The position numbers and the translations under genes were made by a program. A DNA stretch of 53,620 bases from Gonapodya sp. JEL0774 (taxonomy: Eukaryota). Position 1 is the first letter of the stretch, and the number at the start of each line of letters is the position of its first letter. Positions 22,284 through 34,979 of this stretch are shown here, in pieces. Below the pieces are notes generated by a model that saw only the letters and a list, made by a program, of their open reading frames with translations, was not told the origin of the DNA and did no database searches. The DNA lies in assembly GCA_027604505.1 (NCBI GenBank), contig JADIIX010000148.1, forward strand, positions 1-53,620, in the 5' to 3' direction.

Positions 22284-23306
22284 CTACCACTCAACCTGAT
22301 CCACATGAGAGTCCAAGGGTGATTTCCGAGAGTTTCCTGACTTTCTACCAGTTTTGCCAGCACGAGTACCACTCGAGTAGTGTTGCGACTGGGATTCGGC
22401 GGATTGGGGAATTGATGGGGAAGGCTGTTGGGTCGAGCTGCCAACACCAACCACCCGCTTGGATGAGGATCGTGGTGGGTGTTGCGGAAGAATAGACTCA
22501 TGTGTTTCAATGCCACGTGGAGGTGTTGACCGAGAGCGGGGCTGATGGGTTGTGAGGGGTGTATCAGGAAGTGGCTTTTCATCCTCATAGCCAGTAATTC
22601 GAGCCCCTGAACCCGACACCAGAGGCAGCTCTTTTGTCCGGAGTGGTGGCGATGGGACTGAATCCCAGGGAGGTGAAGGGGTCCTGTGCGCGGGAGGTGG
22701 AGGGACTCGCCTGCGATCAGGGTGGTGGCGGGGAAGGCGCTCAGTGCCCGCGGGGAGGGAAGCTGTAGTACTAGAGAAGTATTCGGGTGGTGGTGAAACG
22801 ATTATCGGAGGTGGATCGATGTATCTCCGTATCGATGGTCGCCTGGTGGCAGAAGCGGACCGAGATTTGCGCTCCTCGTACTCCAATCGGGAATTGGTTT
22901 CGACCACAGCACCAAGTTCGTGGGGTGTTCTACTGTTATCAGTAGATGTTCGCATGGAAGCCGAAGATGGAGCCAGACGAAGGTGTCTGGACTTGTCGGA
23001 ATCCGTGGAGGTGTTCGAGGCGGAAGATGTCCGGTTGCGTTTGTGAGCAACTGACAATGTTGAGGAGGAGACAGAAGATGCATCGGAGCTACGTTGGACT
23101 CCCGCACCCTTGGACATGGACTGCTTCCGCCAGATAGGAACGGCTCGTTCCGGGGACGAATCGTAATTTGACCTTCCAGCAGTTGCAGATGTGAAAGAGT
23201 CAGAGAACCATATTGATACAGGACGGTAAGGGACGTATTCCGAATCCGACCGAGGAGACGGGGATGCAGCAAGAGTTGCGTTGAGAATGGGAGCAGGCTG
23301 GCTCAT
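22284..23306 (-). CDS. Ser/Pro/Arg-rich low-complexity hypothetical protein
   Basis: Long open frame from MSQPAPILN (23306); Pro-rich motifs; no recognisable domain. Confidence 0.6.
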   Translation of the reverse strand: MSQPAPILNATLAASPSPRSDSEYVPYRPVSIWFSDSFTSATAGRSNYDSSPERAVPIWRKQSMSKGAGVQRSSDASSVSSSTLSVAHKRNRTSSASNTSTDSDKSRHLRLAPSSASMRTSTDNSRTPHELGAVVETNSRLEYEERKSRSASATRRPSIRRYIDPPPIIVSPPPEYFSSTTASLPAGTERLPRHHPDRRRVPPPPAHRTPSPPWDSVPSPPLRTKELPLVSGSGARITGYEDEKPLPDTPLTTHQPRSRSTPPRGIETHESILPQHPPRSSSKRVVGVGSSTQQPSPSIPQSAESQSQHYSSGTRAGKTGRKSGNSRKSPLDSHVDQVEW

Positions 23307-24888
23307 CTGGATGGACACTAGTTGAGATTTGGAACAGTGAGTCCCGGAAGGGCGGAAGTGAATGAAATTCAAAGGTGCCAGTATCAAATAAATTTCAAGA
23401 AAACTCACTTCCTGTGCGAGAGCCAGCTCCTGAAGGCCCTGTTTCGTTGTCAATGTCTCCAGATGTTCCGGGTTCCGAGGTCGCTTCCACCCTATGATCC
23501 CCCCGACGCTTGAGCTTCGACCACAACCCGGACATCATCGGAAGCAAAGTCCGACTTTACCGGCCTTGGCTATGATGAGGAGGGAAATACGTCGGTGGGC
23601 CGAAGTGTGTGAGCCCAGCGACTGGTAATGCGCTACAGATCGAGCTGGTAGCCGTTTCCTCACAGTCAAATTCTGCCGCGTAGATAGCATTGTGCATATT
23701 GCAACTTCAGTGACAACGTGGTTCCGACGGTCGGGCGGCATGGTTTCGAAATCGAGTGGAAGGTTCGAGATCCATCCCCTGCACCCTGAAAGGCGGGTTT
23801 GCTTGGTTCAATAATACACACCAGTTTTGCCGACAACATTCGCACAGTCGTACTAAGTTCTCATGGGAAAAAGAAACTAGTGAGCACCACTCTTATTCAT
23901 TAATAAATTGGACGGCGTTTCCCATCCGGCATGGGTTTTCGCGGGGTTCTCGATCAAGCTGAAGGACCCACGATCGAGCTAAAGGATCGTGACACACATT
24001 CCGCTTTTACGTACCCGTGCATTATCTACTGGGAGTCCCGCACTCCTGAATTCTCGCGAGGAAATAGTTCAACTGAAAATAGCAAAACTCTGCCCAAGAT
24101 ACGTACTCAGGACTTGGTAGAGTTCAGGGTAAGCGTAAGTCCGGTTTTGGTCTGCCGACTAGATGAGCCTTCCCTAGAATCCGTGGTTTCGAGGTTTCAT
24201 CAAGCTGTTTTCAGCCACGTGGGTCACGTCTTTTTTTTTCTGCGGAATCGCGTCGTTCCTTATTGTCCACTTGGAACCCATCCCAGAAAATTGTATCGGA
24301 TCCCATTTCTGGCAACTTCTTGACACGACGAAACAGAAATTGCAATCGTGTAGTGCCCGAGCAGGTCTTCTTGGACTTCGAGCACGTTCAAATTGGGCGC
24401 TGACTGCGCTGACCGACGATGGAAAGAACGAAGGCGAGCACGTCAAGTCTCTCTCCGACTGACCTTTGTTCTTGCCTGCAGTGGAACTCTTTCGAAACCG
24501 GACACTGTAACAATGCTCTTCTCTCTGTCCACAAGTGATCCCACGGATGAACTCTTGTTTGTTTGAACCACGAGTACTTCACCAAAACCCTGCCGATTCG
24601 AGACATTTACGCGGAGATGCCAGAGGTTCTTAATCTGTCCTTGGACGAGGCATGTTCCGTAGAAATCTTCATGGCATCTCAGTAGTTTGTTCTTTCCCTC
24701 TCACGAGTCGTTGTAAATTCTCGCAAGGTTTGGGATGTGAGGCAAATGGGTACACCGCAGGACAGCCTTCACTGATGAGTTGCTTTCTTTCAATTGCGAT
24801 AGCGAAGTAACGATAGGAAGATTGTCGGGGTCTAATGGGATACAACAAAGCCGATACTACGTTCTATGTATACGACCATCCTGGCTTA

Positions 24889-26276
24889 TCACAAGGACTC
24901 ATTAAAGAAAGGAGGAACAGGACTTTCCCAACCTCCATTACATCCGACTCTCTCAGAATTTGATATGTCTCTTCCTCCCCGCATTTTGGAGTCCAACGTG
25001 TCCTTCCCCCTCTTCCCGTTGAGCTCCTTTTCCCCAAGAATATAGTCCCTGTCCTTGAAGGACTTGCGCTTCCCCCCTTTCCCTCCCTTTTCCCTCTTGA
25101 CACGCCGACCCGCACTCGTGTTGACGATCTGGGTTGGTTCCTCGCCGGGCTGCAGATCCACGCCAAGGGGTTGTGGTGCGGCGCGGTTGACAGTGGGAGA
25201 AGAACCGGCGTTGAGGACCAAAAAGTATTTTTTGGCCTTGGTGGAGTTTGGGCAGTCCACGACCAGCCCTCCAGTGAAGCCGGCCACCATGGCACTGGAC
25301 ACAATGAGTTCGACCTGGTGGGGGTTCTCTGGGTAAAACTGGAACACAGCTCGGCGCCTCTGGCTAGTGCAGAATAGGCGTGGAGAAGAACCTCGCTAGT
25401 CGACGATGAGGCACATGGGAGGATTTGTCCGAGTTACAGAGCTACTGGAGGACAGAGACGGAGACGGCACCGTCAAAGGTGCCCGGGCGAAACGAGAAGA
25501 CTGTGCCGATGTCTTGGAGGAAGAGGTCACCTTCTACTTCTCGCTCTTTGGCGACAGCTGAGAGATGGGATTGATAAGGAGGAAGGACAGGTTAGTATTT
25601 ATCGCGAGAGTAATCGGTAAAGCCTAGGTCCTGCATTTCAAATATCATCAAGCTAGTTCTATCACTCTCCACTGGGCTACAAGATTGAGCTGTTTTCTCC
25701 TTCATTTTTCCATAATGGGCGAGACTATCAAACACATCGCTGTCCGATTAGCACTGAGAGTCTCGATTTCGCTGTGCGGTCAGCATCGAGTGCAACCGAC
25801 CCATTAACCACACGGACGTTCTAGCAAAGGCACTGAAATTGGCATGCGCACTCATGCGGTCGTTCACGCGAAACCCGCCATCTGTGTAGTAACAACACAC
25901 AGGCCGTACTCACCCAACATTGCTTCACTGACGTCGACTCCCACCCAGACATGCCCTTCTTCTTCAAGAACCTCTCCAGACAGTCCGGATCCACATCTAA
26001 TGTCCAACAAGTTGCATGATTCGTCCTCAGGCAAAGCCAGGAGCTCCAGTGCGCGATAGGTCATATCAGCCTGGATCTGGATGATGCGGGAGTTGGAGAT
26101 GTACTTTGATGCCTCGGCTTCATTATAATACTTTGCGATTCGAGTAGATTCGGATGAAGTGTGGGTGGACGTCGGTTCGATTTGGCAACTTACGAATCAC
26201 AAACCGCGCAACTCCACCAAGACCGGGACCCCACTCACAATCTCTCTGGTGGAGCTGTATGTTCCGGTCTCGACAT
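24889..26276 (-). pseudogene. BUD23: disabled copy of the 18S rRNA m7G methyltransferase BUD23/WBSCR22, introns retained
   Basis: [98 protein letters not shown]. Lesions: 2-nt insertion at the end of exon 1; SAM motif LDIGCG changed to LDIRCG; in-frame TAG at 25442-25444 (LQ*LCN where Trp is expected); two 1-nt frameshifts near 25378 and 25354; eroded C-terminus. Confidence 0.9.
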
Positions 26277-27442
26277 TTCTTTAGGGTTTTCTGTCAAAAG
26301 TCGTGTAGAATTGGATTTTCAAAGTATTTCTTTTCCGGTCGAGACTTGAAGGCCATCAACCACAGCACCCTGTTAGGAGGTAGCCATCGGCTCATAGAGA
26401 GGGCACCAGCACCAGAACGGTTTGCCTTTAAAAGGACAAATAACGAGAACGAACTCGAGAACGGCGAAGCGGAGGAATGCAGGGAGGTTGACGGGGCGAT
26501 TGTAGTCCACAATATGGATCGATTAGATGTGAGAGAGGGCTGTTCCCCGGATTGGTTACTCAGCAGCGACCCCAGGATGAACTGACACGAGTTGAGCATG
26601 TTGGAGGCTCTTCATGCTGGAATTAAGGTGCAGGGTAATATAAGTAGATACATGTAGCCGTTTGTGGCTGAGGATCAAAACAATCTATGGCGTTGCTCAT
26701 GCAGGCGTGAGTCCACGTTTCTACGGTGTCATGACACGGGCTTTCGCAAAAGTCCAGTCCACACCACACAAATCTGTCCATACAGCATTGCAAAATCCAG
26801 AAGTCAAAAATGTCAAAACTACAGCACCCAGTATTCCCAGCTGATCTCTCACAATGGGAAAAGCTTATATAATATATAACAAAAATTGATATTTTCTTCT
26901 CATTCGATGCGTTTGATGAGGAGAGGGTCAGTCGAAAAAGAAAACTTTCAACTCCACTGCCGTATCTGTGCCAGTAACATGATCCACATGGCCGATTTCA
27001 GTATACATTGGTCCGCATTATATTCACCCAGGATGGACGAGTCACCAACTTCAAATCAAAAACCGTCCATGCCCACCGCTTTTATCATAGAATCGGCCAA
27101 CCCGGAGAACCGACACTCCAATCGTGCGAGTGAAGAAGGTGGAAAGGAACTTTGCCTGGCGTCGGAGGTTGCCAGTCGCTCCGAGTATCCTTCACTGCCC
27201 GTCACAACAAACGCCCTTGCCTGTCTGGAACGCAATAAGAGTGAAACTCGTTTTATAGAAACTTGGCTTTTCTTTCGATTTATACAAGAGACCGTGCGCA
27301 AACGAAACTCCCCAAGCCCGGATGCTTCTTATAAGGAAATGCGAAACATATCGGTGCCACCCAAGTCCAAACACAGCCGAGCACCAGTTCGAGGTTACAA
27401 ATTAGATGGATACTACGAAACTGTTTCCTCACTATTCATGCT

Positions 27443-28130
27443 TCACGGAAGGATGTAAGAGATAGATGTTTGATCCACTTTGAACCACAGCTCCCAAAGC
27501 GTGCCCAAGGTACTTGCTTTCGCTGCCCACGAGCAAACCTTACATCGTCCACAGTGTTTAAAAATGAGCTTTAACACTTCCGTCGCTCCCTTATTTTGGG
27601 TTTGTTCCAAAGCGTTATCTTTTACCAATGACTCTCCCCTTGCATGCGCTCCCCTCTTGAGCAACAACTCCACAACCTCCAGCCTCCCATTCGCAGCTGC
27701 AGTCCACAGCGCTTCATCAATATCCTTCCGACTATTTAAGCCGGTATCAAGCAAAATGGACACCACTTTCGTATGACCGTTCCCGGCTGCATGGCAGAGA
27801 TTGATGCCGCAGACCGAGGGGGCAAGCCCAAGTTCTTGAGCGAGAAGGAAGCGTACGACTTCATCTCTACCACTTTGGGAGCCCGCAAAGAGCGCGACGT
27901 GATTGAAAGCGCGAATGTCCGCACCGTTTTCCACCAGGAGTCGCACCATGTTGACGTTCCCTCCCTCACACGCATACGCGAGAGGAGGCCAGTTACTCAT
28001 CCCATCACCTCGGACGTCCGCGCCCCATTTCAGTAGCACGGAAAGAAACTGTTTCGACATGCCCGTACAGCACTGCTCCCTCCAGTGGGGTCATTTTTCT
28101 CCCACGTGGACTGCGAACGGATAGGGCAGG
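27443..28130 (-). pseudogene. truncated and frameshifted ankyrin-repeat paralog of the adjacent F-box/ankyrin gene
   Basis: Ankyrin repeats PLAYACEGGNVNMVRLLVENGADI and ALWTAAANGRLEVVELLLKRGA. The upstream TPLEGAVLYGHVETV lies in another frame (shift near 28045); no F-box seen. Confidence 0.7.
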
Positions 28131-28429
28131 GATCGCTTTAGTGACGAGTGATAGATGTAAAGTGCGAGAGCAGCACTGACAGCTGTGGAACATGGCGGCA
28201 AAACTCTTTGAGTTGCACAACAAATTTATTTATCGCTCTCATTGAGGAAGCAGTGATATATGTGGTATTTGCGTGTCACGCAGTTCATTGCGTCGTCGGT
28301 TTTCTACATAATTTGTCGCCATTCGCAACCAGCGGAAAACCCCTTTGCAGATCTTGTTGAACAGCATACGGCAGAGTGAAATTTAGGCGACAGGGAAGAA
28401 TGTATATCTAATAGACGTTGGAGGTCGAA

Positions 28430-29359
28430 CTATTGGTCATGAGTCCCGCTTCCCACCAAATTTTGAGGTAGGCCCGCTGCAGTTTCCGATCCCATGTGCG
28501 TTGGCCCAGCGCAATGCTTCCAAATAAAATGAGTCACATTCCCATGTCCGATCTTCCGTGCAGTCGCGAGGGAGAATTTCCTTTGGTCAGAGTTTCCGCC
28601 GGCGTTCGCTCCATGCTGCAAAAGTACTTTGACAACGTCCAATTTCCCGCTGCGCACTGCATTCCATAGAGCTGCATTGTCTTGCAGATGAACGTTCGCC
28701 CCATGATCAAGCAGTAGAGAAACAACATGTTTGTGCCCGTTCCAAGCCGCTCCTCGTAGAGCTCGCCCTTTTAAAGCGTCCACGGTGGCTCCCTGATCCA
28801 GCAGGAACCGAACCACCTGAACGTGACCGGCCCTTGCAGCCATGTGCAGCGCATCATCATCGTTTTCGTGAATGTCTGCACCGTTCTCCACCAGGAGTCG
28901 AACCATTTCAAGGTTTCCGCAGTGACATGATTCTATGAGAGGTCGCCAATGACCGTTCGATTCCACACCCTGAACGTTCGCGCCCAGCTTCAACAAACTC
29001 CGCACGGTCTCTATATTGCCAGCATCAACTGCAGCTTCCAGTGGTGTCACTCTTCTCCTGGGACCCTCGGCGATTCCGTTCACATCAAATCCCGGCCGAC
29101 CTCTCACTCGCTCATAAATCGCCTCGACGATAAGATGCTGTCCAGTTTCGAGTCTCGAGGCCTCCCATACCAGGGCCCTCGCCGAGAGTTTGTAGTGCGC
29201 GATCGCTCTGCGCGCGATTCTCGTCGGAGTTGCGAACGTCTCCACCAGACGACGGTTGAGAAGACCCGTGGGGAATCCGAGACGGCAATCGAGATATTTT
29301 ACGATATGGAGGAGGATTTCGGTCGGGAGGTCGGTGAGACTGATGGGAGGGCCAGACAT
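28430..29359 (-). CDS. F-box and ankyrin-repeat protein, single exon
   Basis: N-terminal F-box-like SLTDLPTEILLHIVKYL followed by about five ankyrin repeats (TPLEAAVDAGNIETVRSLLKLGANV, ALHMAARAGHVQVVRFLLDQGATV etc.). Confidence 0.85.
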   Translation of the reverse strand: MSGPPISLTDLPTEILLHIVKYLDCRLGFPTGLLNRRLVETFATPTRIARRAIAHYKLSARALVWEASRLETGQHLIVEAIYERVRGRPGFDVNGIAEGPRRRVTPLEAAVDAGNIETVRSLLKLGANVQGVESNGHWRPLIESCHCGNLEMVRLLVENGADIHENDDDALHMAARAGHVQVVRFLLDQGATVDALKGRALRGAAWNGHKHVVSLLLDHGANVHLQDNAALWNAVRSGKLDVVKVLLQHGANAGGNSDQRKFSLATARKIGHGNVTHFIWKHCAGPTHMGSETAAGLPQNLVGSGTHDQ

Positions 29360-29619
29360 CGAGAGAAACTTGAGCTCAACCTTCATATGCTGGGTCTGTC
29401 ACTTGTTTGGATAGCGGCGGACAATGACAGGTCAGGCGCGTAGCGATGGTGCTAAAGCAACGGAGTGTCAATCGAGCAGAGTTGTGAGAGCGAGGAGGGC
29501 GCTACCAATGACTTAATTTAATGGTTGAAAGCCACTTAGAACACTGAATATCACAAAACTCTAACGAGCAAGCGAATGCTATATCGCTATGAAATCCCAG
29601 ACAGCACCCGTCTGTGATT

Positions 29620-30300
29620 CTAATACCTTTCTTGTGCCCTCACTTTCCTCAGCCACCAGCCTGCACCCAGCTGGGACGACGGATGACTGAAAACACGATG
29701 AACCAGTTTTTTTGGTTTTTTTGGCTTTGACTTCTGCATCGGTGTTGCTCCGAGACTGGCACCCGGCTCGATAGTGATGGCCTGAGCTGAACCTGCCACG
29801 TACTCTTCCTTCATTTCATCCATCAGCTTCCACGTATAATCCTTACCAGGGTATGTGAAGATAGCTTCTGCAGATTGGTCAAGTCGCGGCACAACAAGTT
29901 CGTTGTATTGAACAACTGCAGGACGTTTCCAAATATCGTCCATCACCGTGTCCCACACTTTGGCCGCCAAATCTTCAAATCCCTACTGATCTGCCAGCAC
30001 CAGCAGCTCCACGTGTGATAGAGACTGTGTGCTCTGGAGGTAGAGACGGATGGCTTGGCTTAAGTTAGGCACCGCGTTGCATCACGTGCTTCAGCTTTGC
30101 GTCATGTTTGTAATCATACCCCGGCCAAAGACAAGACACCGAAAACAAAGTCTCAAATAGAATTCTTATCGCTCAACCGTTACTCTCTGCCCGATGAAAT
30201 CCCTGACGACGACTTCCCCTTCCCTTTCCTCAATGCAACGATACAACACTAGTTCAACACAGAGGACCATGTCACTGTTCGTTCGTCCACCATTTCAGAC
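29620..30300 (-). pseudogene. degenerate BTB/POZ-domain gene
   Basis: SDMVLCVE..EEREGEVVVRDF, then QAIRLYLQSTQSLSHVELLVLADQ*GFEDLAAKVWDTVMDDIW with TAG at 29983-29985 where Tyr is expected; a further stop lies in the upstream exon. Confidence 0.55.
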
Positions 30301-31279
30301 GAAGAAATCACGGAACACGGGCCGCAAGAGGCTCGATCCGCCGATTTTGTGGCTGGTGGAGGCTCGGCGAATTCCAGGGAGCTGAGAGGAGGTCCCGTGC
30401 CTCCCAACTGGCGACACCGAACTCCCCGTCCATTTTGCCTTTGCGAGTCCGGAACAGGATCTAAGACAATCCAGCAGGCAGGCCCGGTTGAGAAGTCCCG
30501 TACTTCTTGAGTTGGCAACCAGCAACTGCCCCGTTCAATGTCCACCTGTTCCATTGATCACGCTCAGCCCATGCCAAAAATCTCTTCTCTTGGACTGGAG
30601 CTTTTTTCCGCCCCCGGACGCCGCCGGCCCCGTAGCGACCTCGTCCCACGTACGATGTTGGTGGGTGATGACTCGACATCATCGATATCTACGTGAGACG
30701 AGACCGCTACATCAACCGTTGATTAATCGGGCTGTACTTCTTGCGAGGTCATTAAAGGCAATTGGGCTCCGCCAGGTCGGGTGAATGCCGATCTGGCGTG
30801 GGGATGGTACAGTGGGACGGTCCCTCGGACAGTGAATCCTGCCTGCCTTCCGCGGCGGGAAACTCAAACCATCACGTCTGTTTTATGGGACAGGTTTAGT
30901 TTTTGCTACTTAGTTTGAGCGATGCTCTTTTCTGCAGTGGACGAGTCGAGGGCGACACAGAGCTCTTGTATACAACATGCCGGTACGCGGGGAAGTTGCG
31001 GATGCGTGGGCCAATGCGGTGTATAGATGCGTACTCCGAGAACCACAATCATGGAAGGAACAGTGGGCCGGAGAAATCGAAAATCCATTAACCCTCAACC
31101 CTCACTACAATCATTATTCATTACGTCAAGAGAATCAAAAGAATCAGTGGTACCATGCACAGAATTGCATCACAGTCCTTATTACGCGCAAAACAAGACG
31201 GGACTGGTCAGCAACTGGATCTCGATATCCCACAGCCGTGAACCGTACTCACCTCTCGAGGTCAAACAGTGGAAATCCA

Positions 31280-32119
31280 TCACGACTGGGGGACATTGTC
31301 CATCTCACTCCCCACTGCGAACCATTTCTGCCCAGCATTGATGGTTGTGGGCGGGGCAGCGACGACCACGGCTGGAGGTGGCGGGGCTGGAGCCGGTTTT
31401 GGTGCCGGAGCAGGTGCTGGAGAAGGTGATGGTTTTGGCGCGGGTGCAGCAGCAGCTGGCGGTGTGGGAGGAGGTGGAGGCGGTGAGGTAGGTGCCTTTG
31501 CGGCGGGCGGCGGGGCAGGTGCAGGTGCAGGTGCCGGCCAAGAGGGTGCCGCAACTGGTGGAGCCGGTGCGGGAGCGTTTGGCGCTGGTGCAGGTACAGG
31601 TGCACTTGGAACCGGCGCTGCGGCAGGAGTTGGTGCCATGACCGGTGCAACAGTTGGTGCAGCGGTTTTGACCGGTAGAGAAGGCATCGTGGTTGAGGAA
31701 GACCACATCGTCGAAGATCCCATCATTCCACCCCCCACATTACTGGTGATTTCACCCGCGGCAGCAGCTGCAGCTGTGGTCCCAGCCGCGTCTTTCTCAT
31801 TCGCAAGTACCGCAGCATTCTTGCCATTGTTCGTATCCGCCATCCCATCCGCCATCGCTGCCGCCCTGTTCTTGCTCACGACCACCCCAACAGCCGTTCC
31901 CACCGCGACGACCACCAGAGCTCCCACCACGATCAACGCGGCGACCCATCTGCGCTTGGGAAGCCACGATCTCCCCGATCCGCGAGCGCCGGATTCGTCC
32001 GTGACGCGGGACGAGACGACTGCCACGCCGCGAGGCAGGTGCTGGGCGTGTTCGAGGTGGGGACCGCCTTGGCCGAATCCGGAGTAGAGTTTGGAGTGTG
32101 CGGGCGTGAAGGTGGTCAT
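31280..32119 (-). CDS. type-II membrane protein with Pro/Ala-rich extracellular stalk
   Basis: Basic PKRR before TM WVAALIVVGALVVVAVGTAVGVVVS, then a long (PA)n/poly-Pro region; no catalytic domain recognised; 3' end uncertain. Confidence 0.7.
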   Translation of the reverse strand: MTTFTPAHSKLYSGFGQGGPHLEHAQHLPRGVAVVSSRVTDESGARGSGRSWLPKRRWVAALIVVGALVVVAVGTAVGVVVSKNRAAAMADGMADTNNGKNAAVLANEKDAAGTTAAAAAAGEITSNVGGGMMGSSTMWSSSTTMPSLPVKTAAPTVAPVMAPTPAAAPVPSAPVPAPAPNAPAPAPPVAAPSWPAPAPAPAPPPAAKAPTSPPPPPPTPPAAAAPAPKPSPSPAPAPAPKPAPAPPPPAVVVAAPPTTINAGQKWFAVGSEMDNVPQS

Positions 32120-33106
32120 TGAAAACAAATACGGTGGGACGCAACGTGAAACGTGTTTGGAAAGTTGCGCGGACTGTTTCTTATATGAAAAAGACCTGGT
32201 GAAAGGGTCTCAGGGGTTGTCACGATGATCTGGGTGCCCCTGATCGAGACCCACACACAAGCCGCCATCATCACAGGTCGCCTGAACTTCGCAACGGAAA
32301 AGACCATAACAAATATAAATAATGAACGGTTCTTTTGTGCGGAGAGTCTCGTGCAGCACTGATGAGTGTCAGAGAGCGAGGAAGATGAACCTTTGTCGGC
32401 CATAATCTTCGAGGGCCGGGTTCGCTGTTAGATGAATGTAATACTGTCGATGATGTAGTATGATATGGAACGAGCATCACCGGTAGTCCTCGGCGTTCTG
32501 ATTGGCTCCCTTGAATGGTTGTTTTCCCCGTTCTCTCTCCTGCTCTCCGTGCTGCGGTTGTACTCGTCCATGGTGCAGGTCGGACCTGTTGGCTTGTAAT
32601 GATACTGTTTGGGGCATCGTCAAAGCCCTCAATCGTTTGATTCAACGATAAAGATTTAATCACTTGGCAAAAGTGTTTGTACAGATACAGCGGGTCGCGC
32701 GTGCGAAGCAGCGATTGCCCTTATCCCACCAAATGATAGGCGATACCACACGAGCACTTCATCTGCCTTCATTTGTTCGACGAAATGAAACCTCTCTTTC
32801 TGCGGTATGCGTACACTCGATGGAGCGTTTAGAAGTTGCAACCTTTCACCCTCGATATAACGGACGGATTTGAAACATTGAAAGAAACGAACATACAAAC
32901 AAATGACTATAATCAACAACTCTCCCAAAGTGCAGAGCGCCTACGCGCCCGCATCCATCACGACATAATATCCGGATTACCCAGCTATTCTACAACCCGC
33001 CATCGACCCGCAACAACGAGGTGAAAAGTCCACATATACAACCAGGGGTTCGATAATATCACCGTCTGATGCAGCCGAAACCACGTCCTGGCGTAATGAC
33101 ACCGAC

Positions 33107-34291
33107 CTAGAAGTGGTTGCCCGCCTGCACGGCCCTCTTGGTGGTGGTTGCGGCAGCGACGACGGCGGGGGTGGGTGCCATGGGGACGAGGACGGAGGAC
33201 GTCTACGCATAGAATGAGGACAACCGAAATCAATTCATTGACCCCGCTGAGTGCGCGTCCCTCCCCTGCCTCTTCACTCACCGCGACTTGTTGCCTCTGA
33301 GTCGTCTGCGCTCTCGTCGTGGTGGCCAAGGGTCTCATGAGCGCACTCGAGGTAGGCACTGCAGCCGGTGCAGGTGCCGTTGAAGCCACTGCCACCGCGG
33401 TCGTGGCGCTCAGTGCAGCAGTTGAAGCAGATCGGGATTGCACGACGACCGACCAGCTGCTGGCCACGTTCATCACGGCGTTTGTGGAAGCCATGACGAC
33501 GGCTGCGGAGCTCGTCATTGTGGTGGCTTTGGTGGTAGTCTTGGAGGTGGTCTTGGCGAGATTGGAATGGCGACCCGAGGTGCAGGGCGAACAAGAACCG
33601 TTAAGCCGACCGACCATCATCAGCGACTGCATCGATCGACCCATACGCCCACCTTCATCATCATCGTTGTCGAGCTCATGCTCATATCCGTCTGCTGCTG
33701 CGCGACCACGGCTCCAACTCCCGCATCGTTGGCTTGTGCGGCCACCTGGTTGTTCCTCACGACCACCACAACCCCCACCACCGCGGCAACGATCACAAGT
33801 ATGGCACCGATGGCGATCCCTACGATAATCTTCGTTCGGTTCTTCGAGCTTGCGCCGGGAAGGTCCTGCTTATCCGGCTGGAAGATGGCTCGGCCTCCGG
33901 GACCCCGCCCGGCCCCTGTGTTGAAGGCCCTCACCCCGCCAATCCGCCTCGACTCCTCCTGCGTCCGCCACTGTTTTGAGTCCCATTGACCCCACTGCAC
34001 ATATTGCTGCGACGAGCTGTCCCACCGTCTGGAATCTCCCTGGGGTGGTGGGCCGACCGCATCCCACTGCAGCTGGCGAGAATCGCCCGCCCCCTGACCC
34101 TCGTCCGACGGAGCGAGACCCCACTGAATCGACTCTCCGGGCGTCTGCGGCTGCATGTACTGGGACTGCGCTCCGTAGGGCGCCATTGATTGAGGAGGAG
34201 TCCGGCGGGAAGTGCCGGTGTCCTGGACGTACTCCATCTCCGGAGGCATCTGGGAGTACGGGAACCGTCGGTCGTTCGGGTAGTTGGACAT
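33107..34291 (-). CDS. type-II membrane protein with Thr/Ala-rich stalk
   Basis: MSNYPNDRRF.. cytoplasmic tail, TM IIVGIAIGAILVIVAAVVGVVVVV, Thr/Ala stalk, last exon TSSVLVPMAPTPAVVAAATTTKRAVQAGNHF* (TAG 33107-33109). Confidence 0.7.
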
Positions 34292-34979
34292 GGATGCCGG
34301 GTTGCAAACGTAGATTTTTCGTGCGGGTTGGGTTTTGGGTTTGGTCGGTGCAGAACAAATGCGCCCAGAACTTGTGCTGTGAGGCGTCTGCGGCAACCTA
34401 CACCTGTGGTCCCAAGATCAGCCAGCCGCAAAGCTCGAGAATACAATGTGTATTTGTTTCTTGCAGTCCAGATCAGTAGACAGTTCACAAATGGGGACCA
34501 TAAAAGTGTTTTGTCTTACCCCGCAAAATCAGAGCGGGTTGACCCCCCTGTTGATTTCCTTCTTGCCCTTGCGGACGTGAGAGATCCGTGTTCACTCAAG
34601 GGTCGTCAACGTCAACGTCAACGCAAATAAATCAAAAGCCTCCTGCCGAATGCTTGAAGCATCATAAGGACCGCTTTTGTTGATGTCTGGAATTAGGTGG
34701 GCCGATGGGTCTTACCATAATATGAAAACATATCCGTTGCAGGGGACAAGGGACAAAAAGTCCGTCGATTTGGGAAGAGTGCAGTGATAAGGTGCGTTGA
34801 GGATGCGCAAGTGTCATCATCTAAGAGACGAAACAGGAGTCTTTCGGTATGTTAGTGGTAGTCCAACAAAAATGCACCTCAACGAACACATAGCACAATA
34901 TCCGAATCCACCGTCACCCTCATGCCCTCCCCACCACCCCTCCATCCTCCAATATCCATCCTCGAAGTCTCACTCCCTC

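Noticed and set aside
23500..24800. Coding-like fragments with internal stops
   Set aside because: Could not be assigned to any family.
26886..27458. 190-aa plus-strand ORF
   Set aside because: No recognisable motif; overlaps the end of the ankyrin pseudogene.
31269..32087. Gly/Ala-rich plus-strand ORF (likewise 9019-9585, 12754-13203, 13264-13989)
   Set aside because: Antisense shadows of GC-rich real genes.
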